A stretch of 64,000 nt of DNA. Source: the human T2T-CHM13v2.0 reference genome, Homo sapiens. The DNA lies in NCBI RefSeq assembly GCF_009914755.1, contig NC_060933.1, one strand, 5' to 3'. The position numbers were made by a program, and so were the translations under genes. Positions 30,601 to 45,170 of the stretch are shown in pieces; the stretch's first letter is position 1; every line of letters starts with the position of its first letter. The notes beneath the pieces are model-generated. The model did no database searches. It was not told where the DNA came from and saw only the letters and a program-made list of their open reading frames with translations.

Positions 30601-33600
30601 CGGGTTGATTCAATTCCATTGCATTCCATTCCATTCCATTCCATTCCATTCCGTTGCATTCCATTCCATTACATTCGGATTGATTCTATTCAACTCCCTT
30701 ACTCTCCATTACATTCCATTCCATTCGGGTTGTTCCATTCCATTCCATTCCATTCCACTCCATTCCATTGCACTCGGGTTGATTCCATTCCATTCCATTC
30801 CATTCCATTCCATTCCATTCCATTGCAGATGATTCCATTCCATTGCATTCCGTTCCATTACATTCCCCTGCACTCGCGTTGATTCCATTCCATTCCATTC
30901 CATTCCATTCAATTCCATTCCATTACAATTCGTTCCATTCCATTCTATTCCGCACCATTCCATTCCGTTCCATACCATTCCATTCCATTCCATTCCATTC
31001 CGTTCCATTCCGTTCCATTACATTCCATTCCATTCTATTCGAATTACTTCCATTCCATTCCATTCCATTCCATTCTATTCCATTCCATTGCAATCGAGTT
31101 GAACCCATTGCATTTCATTCCATTCCATTCCATTCCATTCCATTCCGGAAGATTCCATTCCATTGCATTCCATTCCAATCCATTCTCCTGCACTCGAGTT
31201 GATTCCATTCCATTCCATTCCATTCCATTCCATTCCGTTCCGTTCCGTTCCATTCCATTCCATTACATTCGGATTCATTCTATTCAACTCCCTTACTCTC
31301 CATTACATTCATTCCATTCGGGTTGTTCCATTCCATTCCATTCCATTCCACTCCATTCCATTGCACTCGGGTTGATTCCATTCCATTCCATTCCATTCCG
31401 GATGATTCCATTCCATTGCATTCCGTTCCATTACATTCTATTCCGTACCATTCCATTCCTTTCCATACCATTCCATTCCATTCCATTCCATTCCATTCCA
31501 TTCCATTCCATTCCATTCTATTCGGATTAATTCCATTCCATTCCATTCCATTCCATTCTATTCCATTCCATTGCAATCGAGTTGAATCCATTGCATTTCA
31601 TTCCATTCCATTCCATTCCATTCCATTCCATTCCATTCCATTCCGGAAGATTCCATTCCATTGCATTCCATTCCATTCCATTCCCCTGCACTCGAGGTGA
31701 TTCCATTCCATTCCATTCCATTCCATTCCATTCCATTCCATTCCATTCCGTTCCGTTCCATTCCTCTAAATTCCATTCCGTTCCGTTCCATTCCATTCCA
31801 TTCCATTCCATTCCATTTCGTTCCATTCCATTCTATTCCGTATCTTTCCATTCCATTCCATGCCATTCCATTCCATTCCATTCCATTCCATTCCACTCGT
31901 GTTGATTCCATTCCTTTCCATTCCATTCGGTTTGAAAGTATTCCAATCCATTCCATTCCATTCCATTGTACTCAGGTTGATTCCATTCCATTGCATTCAA
32001 TTCCATTCCATTCCATTCCATTCCGTTTCATTCCATTCCATTACATTCGGATTGATTCTATTCAACTCCCTTACTCTCCATTTCATTCCATTCCATTCAG
32101 GTTGTTCCATTCATTCCATTCCATTCTACTCCATTCCATTGCACTCGGGTTGATTCCATTCCATTCCATTCCATTCCATTCCATTCCATTCCGGATGATT
32201 CCATTCCATTGCATTCCGTTCCATTACATTCCCCTGCACTCGCGTTGATTCCATTCCATTCCATTCCATTCCATTCCATTCAATTCCATTCCATTACAAT
32301 TCGTTCCATTCCATTCTATTCCGTAGCATTCCGTTTCATTCCATACCATTCCATTCCATTCCATTCCATTCCATTCCATTCCATTCCATTCCGTTCCATT
32401 CTGTTCCATTCCATTCCATTCCATTCTATTCGGATTAATTCCATTCCATTCCATTCCATTCCATTCTATTCCATTCCATTGCAATCAAGTTGAATCCATT
32501 GCATTTCATTCCATTCCATTCCATTCCATTCCATTCCGGAAGATTCCATTCCATTGCATTCCATTCCATTCCATTCCCCTGCACTCGCATTGATTCCATT
32601 CCATTCCATTCCATTCCATTCCATTCCATTCCGTTCCGTTCCGTTCCATTCCATTCCATTCCATTCCATTCCATTACGTTCCGTTCCATTCCATTCCATT
32701 CCAGTCTATTCGGGTTAATTCCATTCCATTCCATTCGATTGCAATCGTGTTGATTCCATTCCATTCCATTCCATTCCATTCCATTCCATTCCATTCCATT
32801 CCATTACGGATGATTCCATTCCATTGCATTCCATTCCATTCCATTCCCCTGTACTCGGGTTGATTCCATTCCATTGCATTCCAATCCATGCCCTTCCACT
32901 CGTGTTGATTCCATTCTTTCCATTCCATTCAAATTGAATCCGTTCCATTGCATTCCATTCCATTCGATTCCATTCGATTGCACTCGGGTTGATTCCATTC
33001 CATTGCATCCCATTCCATTCCATTCAATTCCATTCCGTTCCATTCCATTCCATTACATTCGGATTGATTCTATTCAACTCCCTTTGTCTCCATTACATTC
33101 CATTCCATTCGGGTTGTTCCATTCCATTCCATTCCATTCCACTCCATTCCATTGCACTCGGGTTTATTCCATTCCATTCCATTCCATTCCATTCAATTCC
33201 ATTCCATTCCGGAAGATTGCATTCCATTGCATTCCATTCCATTCCATTCCCCTGCACTCGCGTTGATTCCATTCCATTGCATTCCATTCCATTCCATTCC
33301 ATTCCATTCCATTCCTTTCCGTTCCATTCCATTCCATTCCATTCCATTCCGTTGCGTTCCATTCCATTCCATTACATTCGGATTGATTCTATTCAATTCC
33401 CTTACACTCCATTACATTCCATTCCATTCGGGTAGTTTCCATTGCATTCCATTCCATTCCTCTCCATTCCATTGCACTCGGGTTGATTCCATTCCATTGC
33501 ATTCCATTCCATTCCATTCCATTCAATTCCATTCCGTTCCATTCCATTCCATTCCATTCCGGATGATTCCATTCCATTGCATTCCGTTCCATTACATTCC

Positions 33601-36600
33601 CCTGCACTCGCGTTGATTCCATTCCATTCAATTCCATTCCATTACAATTCGTTCCATTCCATTCTATTCCGTACCATTCCATTCCATTCCATACCATTCC
33701 ATTCCATTCCATTCCATTCCATTCCTTTCCGTTCCATTCTGTTCCATTCCATTCCATTCCATTCTATTCGGGTTAATTCCATTCCATTCCATTCCTTTCC
33801 ATTCCATTACGGATGATTCCATTCCATTGCATTCCATTCCATTCCATTCCCCTCTACTCGGGTTGATTCCATTCCATTCCATTCCAATCCATGCCATTCC
33901 ACTCGTGTTGATTCCATTCTTTCCATTCCATTCAAGTTGAATGCATTCCATTGCATTCCATTCCATTCCATTCCCCTGCAGTCGGGTTGATTCCATTCCA
34001 TTCCATTCCATTCCATTCCATTCCATTCCATTCTGTTCCGTTCCGTTCCATTCCATTCCATTCCATTCTATTCGGGTTAATTCCATTCCATTCCATTCCA
34101 TTCCATTCCATTCCATTCCAATCGAGTTGATTCCATTCCATTCCATTCCATTCCATTCCATTCCATTCCATTCCATTCCAGTCCTTTCCATTCCATTCCA
34201 CTCGGGTTGATTCCAATGTATTCCTTTCCATTCCATTCCATTCCATTGCAATCGAGTTGATTCCATTGCTTTGCATTCCATTCCATTCCATTCCATTCCG
34301 GATGATTCCATTCCATTGCATTCCATTCCATTCCATTCCCCTGCACTCGGGTTGATTCCATTCCATTCCACTCCATTCCGTTCCATTCCATTCCATTCCA
34401 TTGTATTCGGGTTAATTCCATTCCATTCCATTCCATTCCATTCCATTCCAGTCCTTTCCATTCCATTCCATTCCATTCTATTTGGTTTAATTCCATTCCA
34501 TTCCATTCCATTCCATTCCATTCTATTCCATTCCATTCCCTTCCTTTCCTTTCCGTTCCGTTCCATTCCATTCCATTCCATTCTATTCGGTTTAATTCCA
34601 TTCCATTCCATTCCATTCCATTCTATTCCATTCCATGGCAATCGAGTTGAATGCATTGCATTCCATTCCATTCCATTCCATTCCATTCCATTCCATTCCA
34701 TTCCATTCCGGAAGATTCCATTCCATTGCATTCCATTCCATTCCATTCCATTCCATTCCATTCCATTGTACTCGTGTTGCTTCCATTCCATTCCATTCCA
34801 TTCCATTCCATTCCATTCCATTCCATTCCGTTCCATTCCATTCCATTACATTCGGATTGATTCTTTTCAACTCCCTTAATCTCCATTACATTCCATTCCA
34901 TTCGGGTTGTTCCATTCCATTCCATTCCATTCCATTCCATTCCGTTCCGTTCCATTCCATTCCATTCCATTCTATTCGGGTTAATTCCATTCCATTCCAT
35001 TCGATTGCAATCGAGTTGATTCCATTCCATTCCATTCCATTCCATTCCATTCCATTCCTTTCCATTCCATTACGGATGATTCCATTCCATTGCATTCCAT
35101 TCCAATCCATTCCCCTGTACTCGGCTTGATTCCATTCCATTCTATTCCAATCCATGCCATTCCACTCGTGTTGATTCCATTCTTTCCATTCCATTCAAGT
35201 TGAATCCATTCCATTGCATTCCATTCCATTCGATTCCATTCGATTGCACTCGGGTTGATTCCATTCCATTGCATTCCATTCCATTCCATTCCATTCCAAT
35301 CCATTCCGTTCCATTCGATTCCATTACATTCGGATTGATTCTATTCAATTCCCTTACACTCCATTACATTCCATTCCATTCGGGTAGTTTCCATTCCATT
35401 CCATTCCATTCCACTCCATTCCATTGCACTCGGGTTGATTCCATTCCATTCCATTCCATTCCATTCCATTCCATTCCATTCCATTCCGGATGATTCCATT
35501 CCATTGCATTCCGTTCCATTACATTCCCCTGCACTCGCGTTGATTCCATTCCATTCCATTCCTTTCCATTCCATTCAATTCCATTCCATTACAATTCGTT
35601 CCATTCCATTCTATTCCGTACCATTCCATTCCATTCCATACCATTCCATTCCATTCCATTCCATTCCATTGCATTCCATTCCGTTCCATTCCGTTGCATT
35701 CCATTCCATTCCATTCTATTCGGGTTAATTCCATTCCATTCCATTCCATTCCATTCCATTCCATTCCATTCCATTCCAATCTATTCCATTCCATTGCAAT
35801 CTAGTTGAATCCATTGCATTTCATTCCATTCCATTCCATTCCATTCCATTCCATTGCAATCGAGTTGAATCCATTGCATTTCATTCCATTCCATTCCATT
35901 CCATTCCATTCCGGAAGATTCCATTCCATTGCATTCCATTCCATTCCATTCACCTGCACTCGCGTTGATTCCTTTCCATTCCATTCCATTCCATTCCATT
36001 CCATTCCGTTCCGTTCCGTTCCATTTCATTCCATTCCATTCCATTCCATTCCGTTCCGTTCCATTCCATTCCATTCCATTCTATTCGGGTTAATTCCATT
36101 CCATTCCATTCGATTGCAATCGAGTTCATTCCATTCCATTCCATTCCATTCCATTCCATTCCATTCCAATCGAGTTGATTGCATTCCATTCCATTCCATT
36201 CCATTCCACTCCATTCCAGTCCTTTCCATTCCATTCCACTCGGGTTGATTCCATTCTATTCCTTTCCATTCCATTCCATTCCATTGCAATCGAGTTGATT
36301 CAATTGCTTTGCATTCCATTCCATTCCATTCCATTCCGGATGATTCCATTCCATTACATTCCATTCCATTCCATTCCCCTGCACTCGGGTTGATTCCATT
36401 CCATTCCACTCCATTCCGTTCCATTCCATTCCATTCCATTGTATTCGGGTTAATTCCATTCCATGCCATTCCATTCCATTCCATTCCATTCCATTCCATT
36501 CTATTACAATCGAGTTGATTCCATTCCATTCCATTCCATTCCATTCCATTCCAGTCCTTTCCATTCCATTCCACTCGGGTTGATTCCATTCTATTAGTTT

Positions 36601-38189
36601 CCATTCCATTCCATTCCCTTCCATTCCACTCTGGTTGATTCCATTCCTTTCCATTCCAATCGAATACATTCCCTCCTATTCCACTCGGATCGATTCCATT
36701 CCATTCCATTCCATTCCATTCCATTCCATTCCATTCCATTCCATTCCATTTCGTTCCATTCCATTCTATTCCGTACCATTCCATTCCATTCCATTCCTTT
36801 CCATTCCATTCCATTCCATTCCACTCTTGTTGATTCCATTCCTTTCCATTCCATTCGGTTTGAAGGCATTCCATTCCATTCAATTCCATTCCATTCCATT
36901 CCATTCCATTCCATTCCATTCCATTGCATTGTACTCGGGTTGATTCCATTCCATTCCATTCCATTCCATTCCATTCCATTCCATTCCATTCCATTCCGTT
37001 GCATTCCATTCCATTACATTCGGACTGATTCTATTCAACTCCCTTACTCTCCATTACATTCCATTCCATTCGGATTGTTCCATTCCATTCCATTCCATTC
37101 CACTCCATTCCATTGTACTCGGGTTGATTCCATTCCATTCCATTCCATACCATTCCATTCCATTCCATTCCATTCCATTCCGTTCCATTCCGTTCCATTC
37201 CATTCCATTCCATTCTATTCGGGTTAATTCCATTCCATTCCATTCCATTCCATTCTATTCCATTCCATTGCAATCGAGTTGAATCCATTGCATTTCATGC
37301 CATTCCATTCCATTCCATTCCATTCCGGAAGATTCCATTCCATTGCATTCCATACCATTCCATTTCCCTGCACTCGCGTTGATTCCATTCCATTCCATTC
37401 CATTCCATTCCATTCCGTTCCGTTCCGTTCCATTCCATTCTATTCCATTCCATTGCATTCCATTCCGTTCCGTTCCATTCCATTCCATTACATTCTATTT
37501 GGGTTAATTCCATTCCATTCCATTCGATTGCAATCGAGTTGATTCCATTCCATTCCATTCCATTCCATTCCATTCCATTCCATTCCATTCCTTTCCATTC
37601 CATTACGGATGATTCCATTCCATTGCATTCCATTCCATTCCATTCCCCTGTACTCGGGTTGATTCCATTCCATTCCATTCCAATCCATGCCATTCCACTC
37701 GTATTGATTCCATTCTTTCCATTCCATTCAAGTTGAATCCATTCCATTGCATTCCATTACATTCGATTCCATTCGATTGCACTCGGGTTGATTCCATTCC
37801 ATTGTATTCCATTCCATTCCATTCCATTCCATTCCATTCCATTCCATTCCGTTCCATTCCATTCCATTACATTCGGATTGATTCTATTCAATTCCCTTAC
37901 ACTCCATTACATTCCATTCCATTCGGGTAGTTTCCATTCCATTCCATTCCATTCCTCTCCATTCCATTGCACTCGGGTTGATTCCATTCCATTGCATTCC
38001 ATTCGATACCATTCAATTCCATTCCGTTCCATTCCATTCCATTACATTCGGATTGATTCTATTCAACTCCCTTACTCTCCATTACATTCGATTCCATTCG
38101 GGTTGTTCCATTCCATTCCATTCCATTCCTCTCCTTTCCATTGCACTCGGGTTGATTCCATTCCATTCCATTCCATTCCGGAAGATTCC
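3148..38189. promoter_or_regulatory. Dispersed perfect 3-unit heat-shock elements nTTCnnGAAnnTTCn (about 25 copies, span given)
   Basis: aTTCcgGAAgaTTCc at 3148, 4435, 6403, 7241, 8269, 8349, 9076, 10958, 11093, 12661, 20639, 23885, 24723, 26266 (GAAtaTTC), 28063, 28412, 29250, 30103, 31142, 31640, 32533, 34705, 35908, 37322 and 38175. The motif match is direct; function is inferred. Confidence 0.55.
10896..11165 (+). repeat. 135-bp tandem duplication containing an HSE word
   Basis: gtactcgggtttatt at 10916/11051 and cccctgcactcgccttgatt at 11001/11136. Confidence 0.85.
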
Positions 38190-38439
38190 ATTCCATTGCA
38201 TTCCATTAAATTCCATTCCCCTGTACTCGCGTTGATTCCATTCCATTCCATTCCATTCCTTTGCATTCCATTGCATTCCATTGCATTCCATTCCCCTGCA
38301 CTCAGGTTGATTCCATTCCATTCCATTCCATTCCATTCTATTCGCGTTAATTCCATTCCACTCCATTCCATTACATTCCATTGCAATCGACTTGATTCCA
38401 TTCCATTCCATTCCATTCCATTCCATTCCATTCCATTCC

Positions 38440-41400
38440 ATTCCATTCCCTTCCATTCCACTCTGGTTGATTCCATTCCTTTCCATTCTACTCGATTGCA
38501 TTCCCTTCTATTCCACTCGGATTGATTCCATTGCATTCCGTTCCATTCCATTCCATTTCGTTCCATTCCATTCTATTCCATTCCATTCCATTCCATTCCT
38601 TTCCATTCCATTCCGTTCCATTCCATTCCATTCCATTCCATTTCTTTCCATTCCATTCTATTCCATACCATTCCATTCCATTCCGTTCCATGCCATTCCA
38701 CTCGGGTTGATTCCATTGCTTTCCATTCCATTTGGGTTGAATCCATTCCATTCCATTCCATTCCATTCCATTCCATTCCATTCCATTCCGTTCCATTCCA
38801 TTCCATTACATTCGTATTGATTGTATTCAATTCCCTTACACTCCATTACATTCCATTCCATTCGGGTTGTTTCCATTCCATTCCATTCCATTCCACTCCA
38901 TTCCATTGCAGTCGGGTTGATTCCATTCCATTCCATTCCATTCCCTTCCATTCCATTTCGTTCCATTCCATTCTATTCCATACCATTCCATTGCATTCCA
39001 TTCCATTCCATTCCATTCCATTCCATGCCATTCCACTCGGGTTGATTCCTTTCCATTCCATTCCATTCGGGTTGAAACCATTCCATTCCATTCAATTCCA
39101 TTCCATTTCGGATGATTGCATTCCATTGCCTTCCATTCAATTGCATTCCCCTGCACCCGGGTTGATTCCATTCAATTCCATTCCATTCCATTCCGTTCCA
39201 TTCCATTCCATACCATTCCATTCCATTCCATTCCATTCTATTTGGGTTAATTCCATTCCATTCCATTCCATTCCATTCAGTTTCATTGCAATCGGGTTGA
39301 TTCCATTCCGTTCCATTCCATTGCATTCCATTCCATTCCATTTCATTCCATTCCATTCCATTCCATTCAACTCTGGTTGATTCCATTCCTTTCCATTCCA
39401 TTCGGGGTGAAGCCTTTCCATTCCATTCCATTCCTTTCGATTCCATTCCATTGCACTCGGGTTGATCCCATTCCTTTGCATTCCATTCCATTCCATTCCA
39501 TTCCATTCCATTCCATTCCATTCCATTCCATTCCTTTCCATTCAATTCCATTACATTCGGATTGATTCTATTCAATTCCCTTAGAATCCATCACATTCCA
39601 TTCCATTCGGGTTGTTTCCATTCCTTTCGATTCCATTCAATTCCATTCCATTCCATTCCATTCCGTATGATTCCATTCCATTGCATTCTATTCCATTCCA
39701 TTCCCCTGCACTCGGGTGGATTCCATTCTATTCCATTCCATTCCATTCCATTCCATTCCATTCCATTCCATTCCATTCCATTGAAATCGAGTTGATTCCA
39801 TTCCATTCCATTCCATTCAATTCCATTCCATTCCATTCTATTCTGGTTAAATCCATTCCATTCCATTCCATTCCCTTCCATTCCATTCCATTCTATTCCA
39901 TTCCATTCCATTCTATTAGGGTTAATTCCATTCCATTCCATTCCATTCCATTCCATTCCATTCCATTGCAATCGAGTTGATTCCATTCCATTCTATTCCA
40001 TTCCATTCCATTCAATTCCATTGAACTCGGGTTGATTCCATTCCATTCCATGCCATTCCATTTCATTCCAATCCATTGCCTTCCATTCCATTCCATTCCT
40101 CTGCACTCGGGTTGATTCCATTCCTTTCCATTCCATTCCATTCCATTCCATTCCATTGAAATCGAGTTGATTCCATTCCATTCCATTCCATTCAATTCCA
40201 TTCCATTCCATTCTATTCGGGTTAATTCCATTCCATTCCATTCCATTCCCTTCCATTCCATTCCATTCTATTCCATTCCATTCCATTCTATTAGGGTTAA
40301 TTCCATTCCATTCCATTCCATTCCATTCCATTACATTCCATTGCATTCCTTTGCAATCGAGTTTATTCCATTCCATTCCATTCCATTCCATTCCATTCAA
40401 TTCCATTGAACTCGGGTTGATTCCATTCCATTCCATGCCATTCCATTTCATTCCAATCCATTGCCTTCCATTCCATTCCATTCCTCTGCACTCGGGTTGA
40501 TTCCATTCCTTTCCATTCCATTGGATTCCATTCCATGCCATTCCACTCGGGTTGATTCCATTACTTTCCATTCCATTCGAGTTGAATCCATTCCATTCGA
40601 TTCCATTCCATTCGATTCCATTCCATTGCTCACGGGTTCATTCCATTCCATTCCATTCCATTCCATTCTATTCCATTTCATTCCATTTCGTTCCATTCCA
40701 TTCTCTTCCGTACCATTCCATTCCATTCCATTCCACTCCATTCCATGCCATTCCACTCGGGTTTATTCCATTCCTTTCCATTCCATTCGGGTTGAATTCA
40801 TTCCATTCCATTCCATTCCATTCCATTCCATTCCATTGCACTCGGGTTGATTCCATTCCATTCCATTCCATTCCACTCCATTCCATTGCACTCGGGTTGA
40901 TTCCATTCCTTTCCATTCCATTCCAGTTGAACCCATTCCATTCTATTCCATTCCATTCCATTCCATTCCATTCCATTCCATTCCATTCCTTTGCACACGG
41001 GTTCATTCCATTCCATTCCATTCCATTCCATTCCATTCCATTCCATTTCGTTCCATTCCATTCTATTCCTTACCATTCCATTCCATTCCATTCCCTTCCA
41101 TGCCATTTCACTCGGGTTTATTCCATTCCTTTCCATTCCATTCCATTCCGTTCCATTCCATTCCATTCCATTCTGTTCAGGTTAATTCCATTCCATTCCA
41201 TTCCCTTCCATTCCATTCCATTCCATTCCATTCCATCCAATTGCAATCGAGTTGATTCCATTGAATTCCATTCCATTCCATTCCATTCCATTGCATTCCA
41301 TTCCATTAGATTCCATTCCATTGCTTTCCATTCCATTCCATTCCCCTGCACTCAGATTGATTCCATTCCATCCCATTCCATTCCATTCCGTTCCATTCCA

Positions 41401-44400
41401 TTCCATTCCTTTCTATTCGCGTTAATTCCATTCCATTCCATTACATTCCATTGCAATCGAGTTGATTCCATTCCATTCCGTTCCATTCCATTCCATTCCA
41501 TTCCATTTCGTTCCATTCCATTCTATTCCGTACCATTCCATTCCATTCCATTCCATTCCATTCCATTCCATTCCATGCCACTCCACTCGGGTTGATTCTA
41601 TTGCTTTCCATTCCATTTGGGTTGAATCCAATCCATTCCATTCCATTCCATTCCATTCCATTCCATTGCACTAGGTTTGATTCCATTCCACTGCATTCCA
41701 TTCCATTCCATTCTGTTCCATTCCATTCCATTACATTCGGATTGATTGTATTCAATTCCTTACACTCCATTACATTGCATTCCATTCGGGTTGTTTCCAT
41801 TCCATTCCATTCCATTCCATTCCATTCCATTGCACTCAGGTTGATTCCATTCCATTCCATTCCATTCCATTCCATTCCATTCCATTCCATTCCATTCCAT
41901 TCCATTCCATTTCGTTCCATTCCATTCTATTCCGTACCATTCCATTCCATTCCATTCCATTCCATTCCATGCCATTCCACTCGGGTTTATTCCATTCCTT
42001 TCCATTCCATTCGGGTTGAATCCATTCCATTCCATTCCATTCGATTCCATTCCATTCCATTGCACTCGGGTTGATTTCATTCCATTCCCTGCCGTTCCAT
42101 TTCATTCCATTCCATTCCATTCCATTGCATTCCATTCCATTCCGTTCCATTCCATTCCATTACATTCGGATTGATTGTATTCTATTCCCTTACACTCCAT
42201 TACATTCCATTCCATTCGTGTTGTTTCCGTTCCATTTCATTCCCTTCCACTCCATTCCATTGTACTCGGGTTGATTCCATTCCATTCCATTCCATTCCAT
42301 GCCAATCCACTCGGGTTTATTCCATTCCTTTCCATTCCACTCGGGTTGAATCCATTCCATTCCATTCCATTCCATTCCATTCCATTCCATTCCCCTGCAA
42401 TCGGGTGGATTCCATTCTATTCCATTCCATTCCTTTCCATTCCATTCCATTCCATTCCATTTCGTTCCATTCCATTCTATTCCGTACCATTCCTTTCCAT
42501 TCCATTCCATTCCATTTCATGCCATGCCATTCCACTCGGGTTGATTCCATTCCTTTCCATTCCATTCTAGTTGAATCCATTCCATTGCATTCCATTCCAT
42601 TCGATTCCATTCAATTGCACACGGGTTCATTCCATTCCATTCCATTCCATTCCATTCCATTTCGTTCCATTCCATTCTATTCCGTATCATTCCCTTCCAT
42701 TCAATTCCATTCCACTCCATTCCATGCCATTCCACTCGGGTTTATTCCATTCCCTTCCATTCCATTCGGGTTGAATCCATTCCATTCCATTCCATTCCAT
42801 TCCATTCCATTCCATTCCATGATATTCCACTCGGGTTGATTCCATTCTTTTCCATTCCATTCGAGTTGAACCCATTCCATTCCATTCCATTCCATTCCAT
42901 TCCATTCCATTCCATTCCATTCCACTCGGGTTGATTCCATTCCTTTCCATTCCATTCGGGTTGAAACCATTCCATTCCATTCCATTCCTTTCGATTCCAT
43001 TCCATTTCACTCGGGTTGATCCCATTCCATTGCATTCCATTCCATTCCATTGCATTCCATTCCGTTCCATTCTATTCCATTACATTCGTATTGATTCTAT
43101 TCAATTCCCTTACTCTCCATTACATTCCATTCCATTCGGGTTGTTTCCATTCCATTCCATTCCATTCCACTCCATTCCATTGCACTCGGGTTGATTCCAT
43201 TCCATTCCATTGCATTCCATTCCATTTCATTCCATTCCATTCCATTCCATTCCATTCCGTATGATTCCATTCCATTGCATTCCATTCCATTCCATTCCAC
43301 TGCACTCGGTTGGATTCCATTCTATTCCATTCCATTCCATTCCATTCCATTCCATTCCATTCCATTCTATTCGGGTTAATTTCATTCCATTCCCTTCCAT
43401 TCCATTCCATTCCATTCCATTCCATTGAAATCGAGTTGATTCCATTCCATTCCATTCCATTCCATTCCATTCCATTCTATTCGTGTTAATTCCATTCCAT
43501 TCCATTCCATTCCATTCCCTTCCATTCCATTCCATTCCATTCCATTCCATTCTATTAAGGTTAATTCCATTCCATTCCATTCCATTCCACTCCATTCCAT
43601 TCCATTCCACTCCATTCCATGCCATTCCACTCGGGTTTATTCCATTCCTTTCCATTCCATTCGGGTTGAGTACTTTCCATTCCATTGCATTCCATTCCAT
43701 TCCATTCCATTCCATGCCATTGCACTCGGGTTGATTCCATTCCTTTCCATTCCATTCGAATTGAACCCATTCCATTCCCTTCCATTCCATTCCATTCCAT
43801 TCCATTCCATTGCTCACGGGTTCATTCCATTCCATTCCATTCCATTCCATTCCATTCCATTTCGTTCCATTCCATTCTACTCCGTACCATTCCATTCCAT
43901 TCCATTCCCTTCCATGCCATTTCACTCGGGTTTCTTCCATTCCTTTCCATGCCATTCGGGTTGAATCCATTCCATTCCATTCCATTCCATTCCATTGCGC
44001 TCGGGTTGATTCCATTCCATTCTATGCCATTCCATTTCATTCCGTTCCATTCCATTCCATTCCTTTCCATTCCTTTCCTTTCAATTCCAATCCATTGCAT
44101 TCGGATTGATTCTTTTTAATTCCCTTACACTCCATTACATTCCATTCCATTCGGGTACTTTCCATTCCATTCCATTCCATTCCACTGCATTCTATTGCAC
44201 TCGGGTTGATTGATTCCATTAGATTGCATTCCATTCCATTCCATTCCCCTGCACTCGGGTTGATCCCATTCCATTGCATTCCATTCCATTCCGTTCCATT
44301 CCATTCCATTCCATTCTGTTCACGTTAATTCCATTCCATTCCATTCCATTCCATTCCATTCCATTCCATTCCATCCCATTGCAATCTAGTTGATTCCATT

Positions 44401-44800
44401 GCATTCCATTCCATTCCATTCCATTCCATTCCCCTGCACTCAGATTGATTCCATTCCATCCCATTCCATTCCATTCCGTTCCATTACATTCCATTCCATT
44501 CTATTCGCGTTAATTCCATTCCATTCCATTCCATTACATTCCATTGCAATCGAGTTGATTCCATTCCATTCCGTTCCATTCCATTCCATTTCGTTCCATT
44601 CCATTCTATTCTGTACCATTCCATTCCATTCCATTCCATTCCATTCCATGCCATTCCACTCGGGTTGATTCCGTTGCTTTCCATTCCATTTGGGTTGAAT
44701 CCAATCCATTCCATTCCATTCCATTCCATTCCATTCCATTCCATTCCATTCCATTGCACTAGGTTTGATTCCCTTCCGCTGCATTCCATTCCATTCCATT
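38440..44800 (+). repeat. Left arm of an imperfect multi-kb inverted repeat (pairs with ~46400-51020)
   Basis: Private variants are mirrored in the right arm: ttcggggtgaagcctttcc 39401 vs 49969, gcacccggg 39153 vs 50222, 1-bp deletion ttcaattccttacact 41751 vs 49017, tctttttaat and cgggtactttcc 44111-44162 vs 47171-47224, gcaatctagttg 44381 vs 46862. Confidence 0.8.
39775..40520 (+). repeat. ~375-385 bp tandem duplication in the inner domain
   Basis: ttgaaatcgagttg 39781/40156, ctattagggttaatt 39913/40288, ttgaactcggg 40021/40406, cctctgcactc 40098/40483. Confidence 0.8.
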
Positions 44801-45170
44801 CCATTCCGTTCCATTCCATTCCATTCCATTCCATTTCTTTCCATTCCATTCCATTCTATTCCATGCCATTCCACTCGGGTTTATTCCATTCCTTTCCATT
44901 CCACTCGGGTTGATTCCATTCTATTAGTTTCCATTCCATTCCATTCCATTCCATTCCCCTGCACTCGGGTTGATCCCATTCCATTGCATTCCATTCCATT
45001 CCATTCCATTCCATTCCGTTCCATTCCATTTCATTCCATTCTCTTCAGCTTAATTCCATTCCATTCCATTCCCTTCCATTCCGTTCCATTCCATTCCATT
45101 ACATTCGGATTGATTGTATTCAATTCCCTTACACTCCATTCCATTCCATTCCATTCGGGTTGTTTCCATT

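Larger units (their letters stand above)
1..38250 (+). repeat. Outer HSat3 sub-domain (dialect A), built from a ~820-860 bp module plus variants
   Basis: Recurrent words ccggaagatt, tcgattgcaatcga, ttacggatgatt, ccattctttcc...caagttgaatcc, cgggtagtttcc and cgggttgttcc. caagttgaa spacings: 3969->4827 (858), 6795->7638 (843), 20188->21031 (843), 24272->25110 (838), 28814->29637 (823). Confidence 0.8.

Noticed and set aside
1-38250. Repeat-spacer appearance resembling a CRISPR array
   Set aside because: The variant words recur many times, are themselves degenerate pentamers and are irregularly spaced. There are no unique spacers or cas genes.
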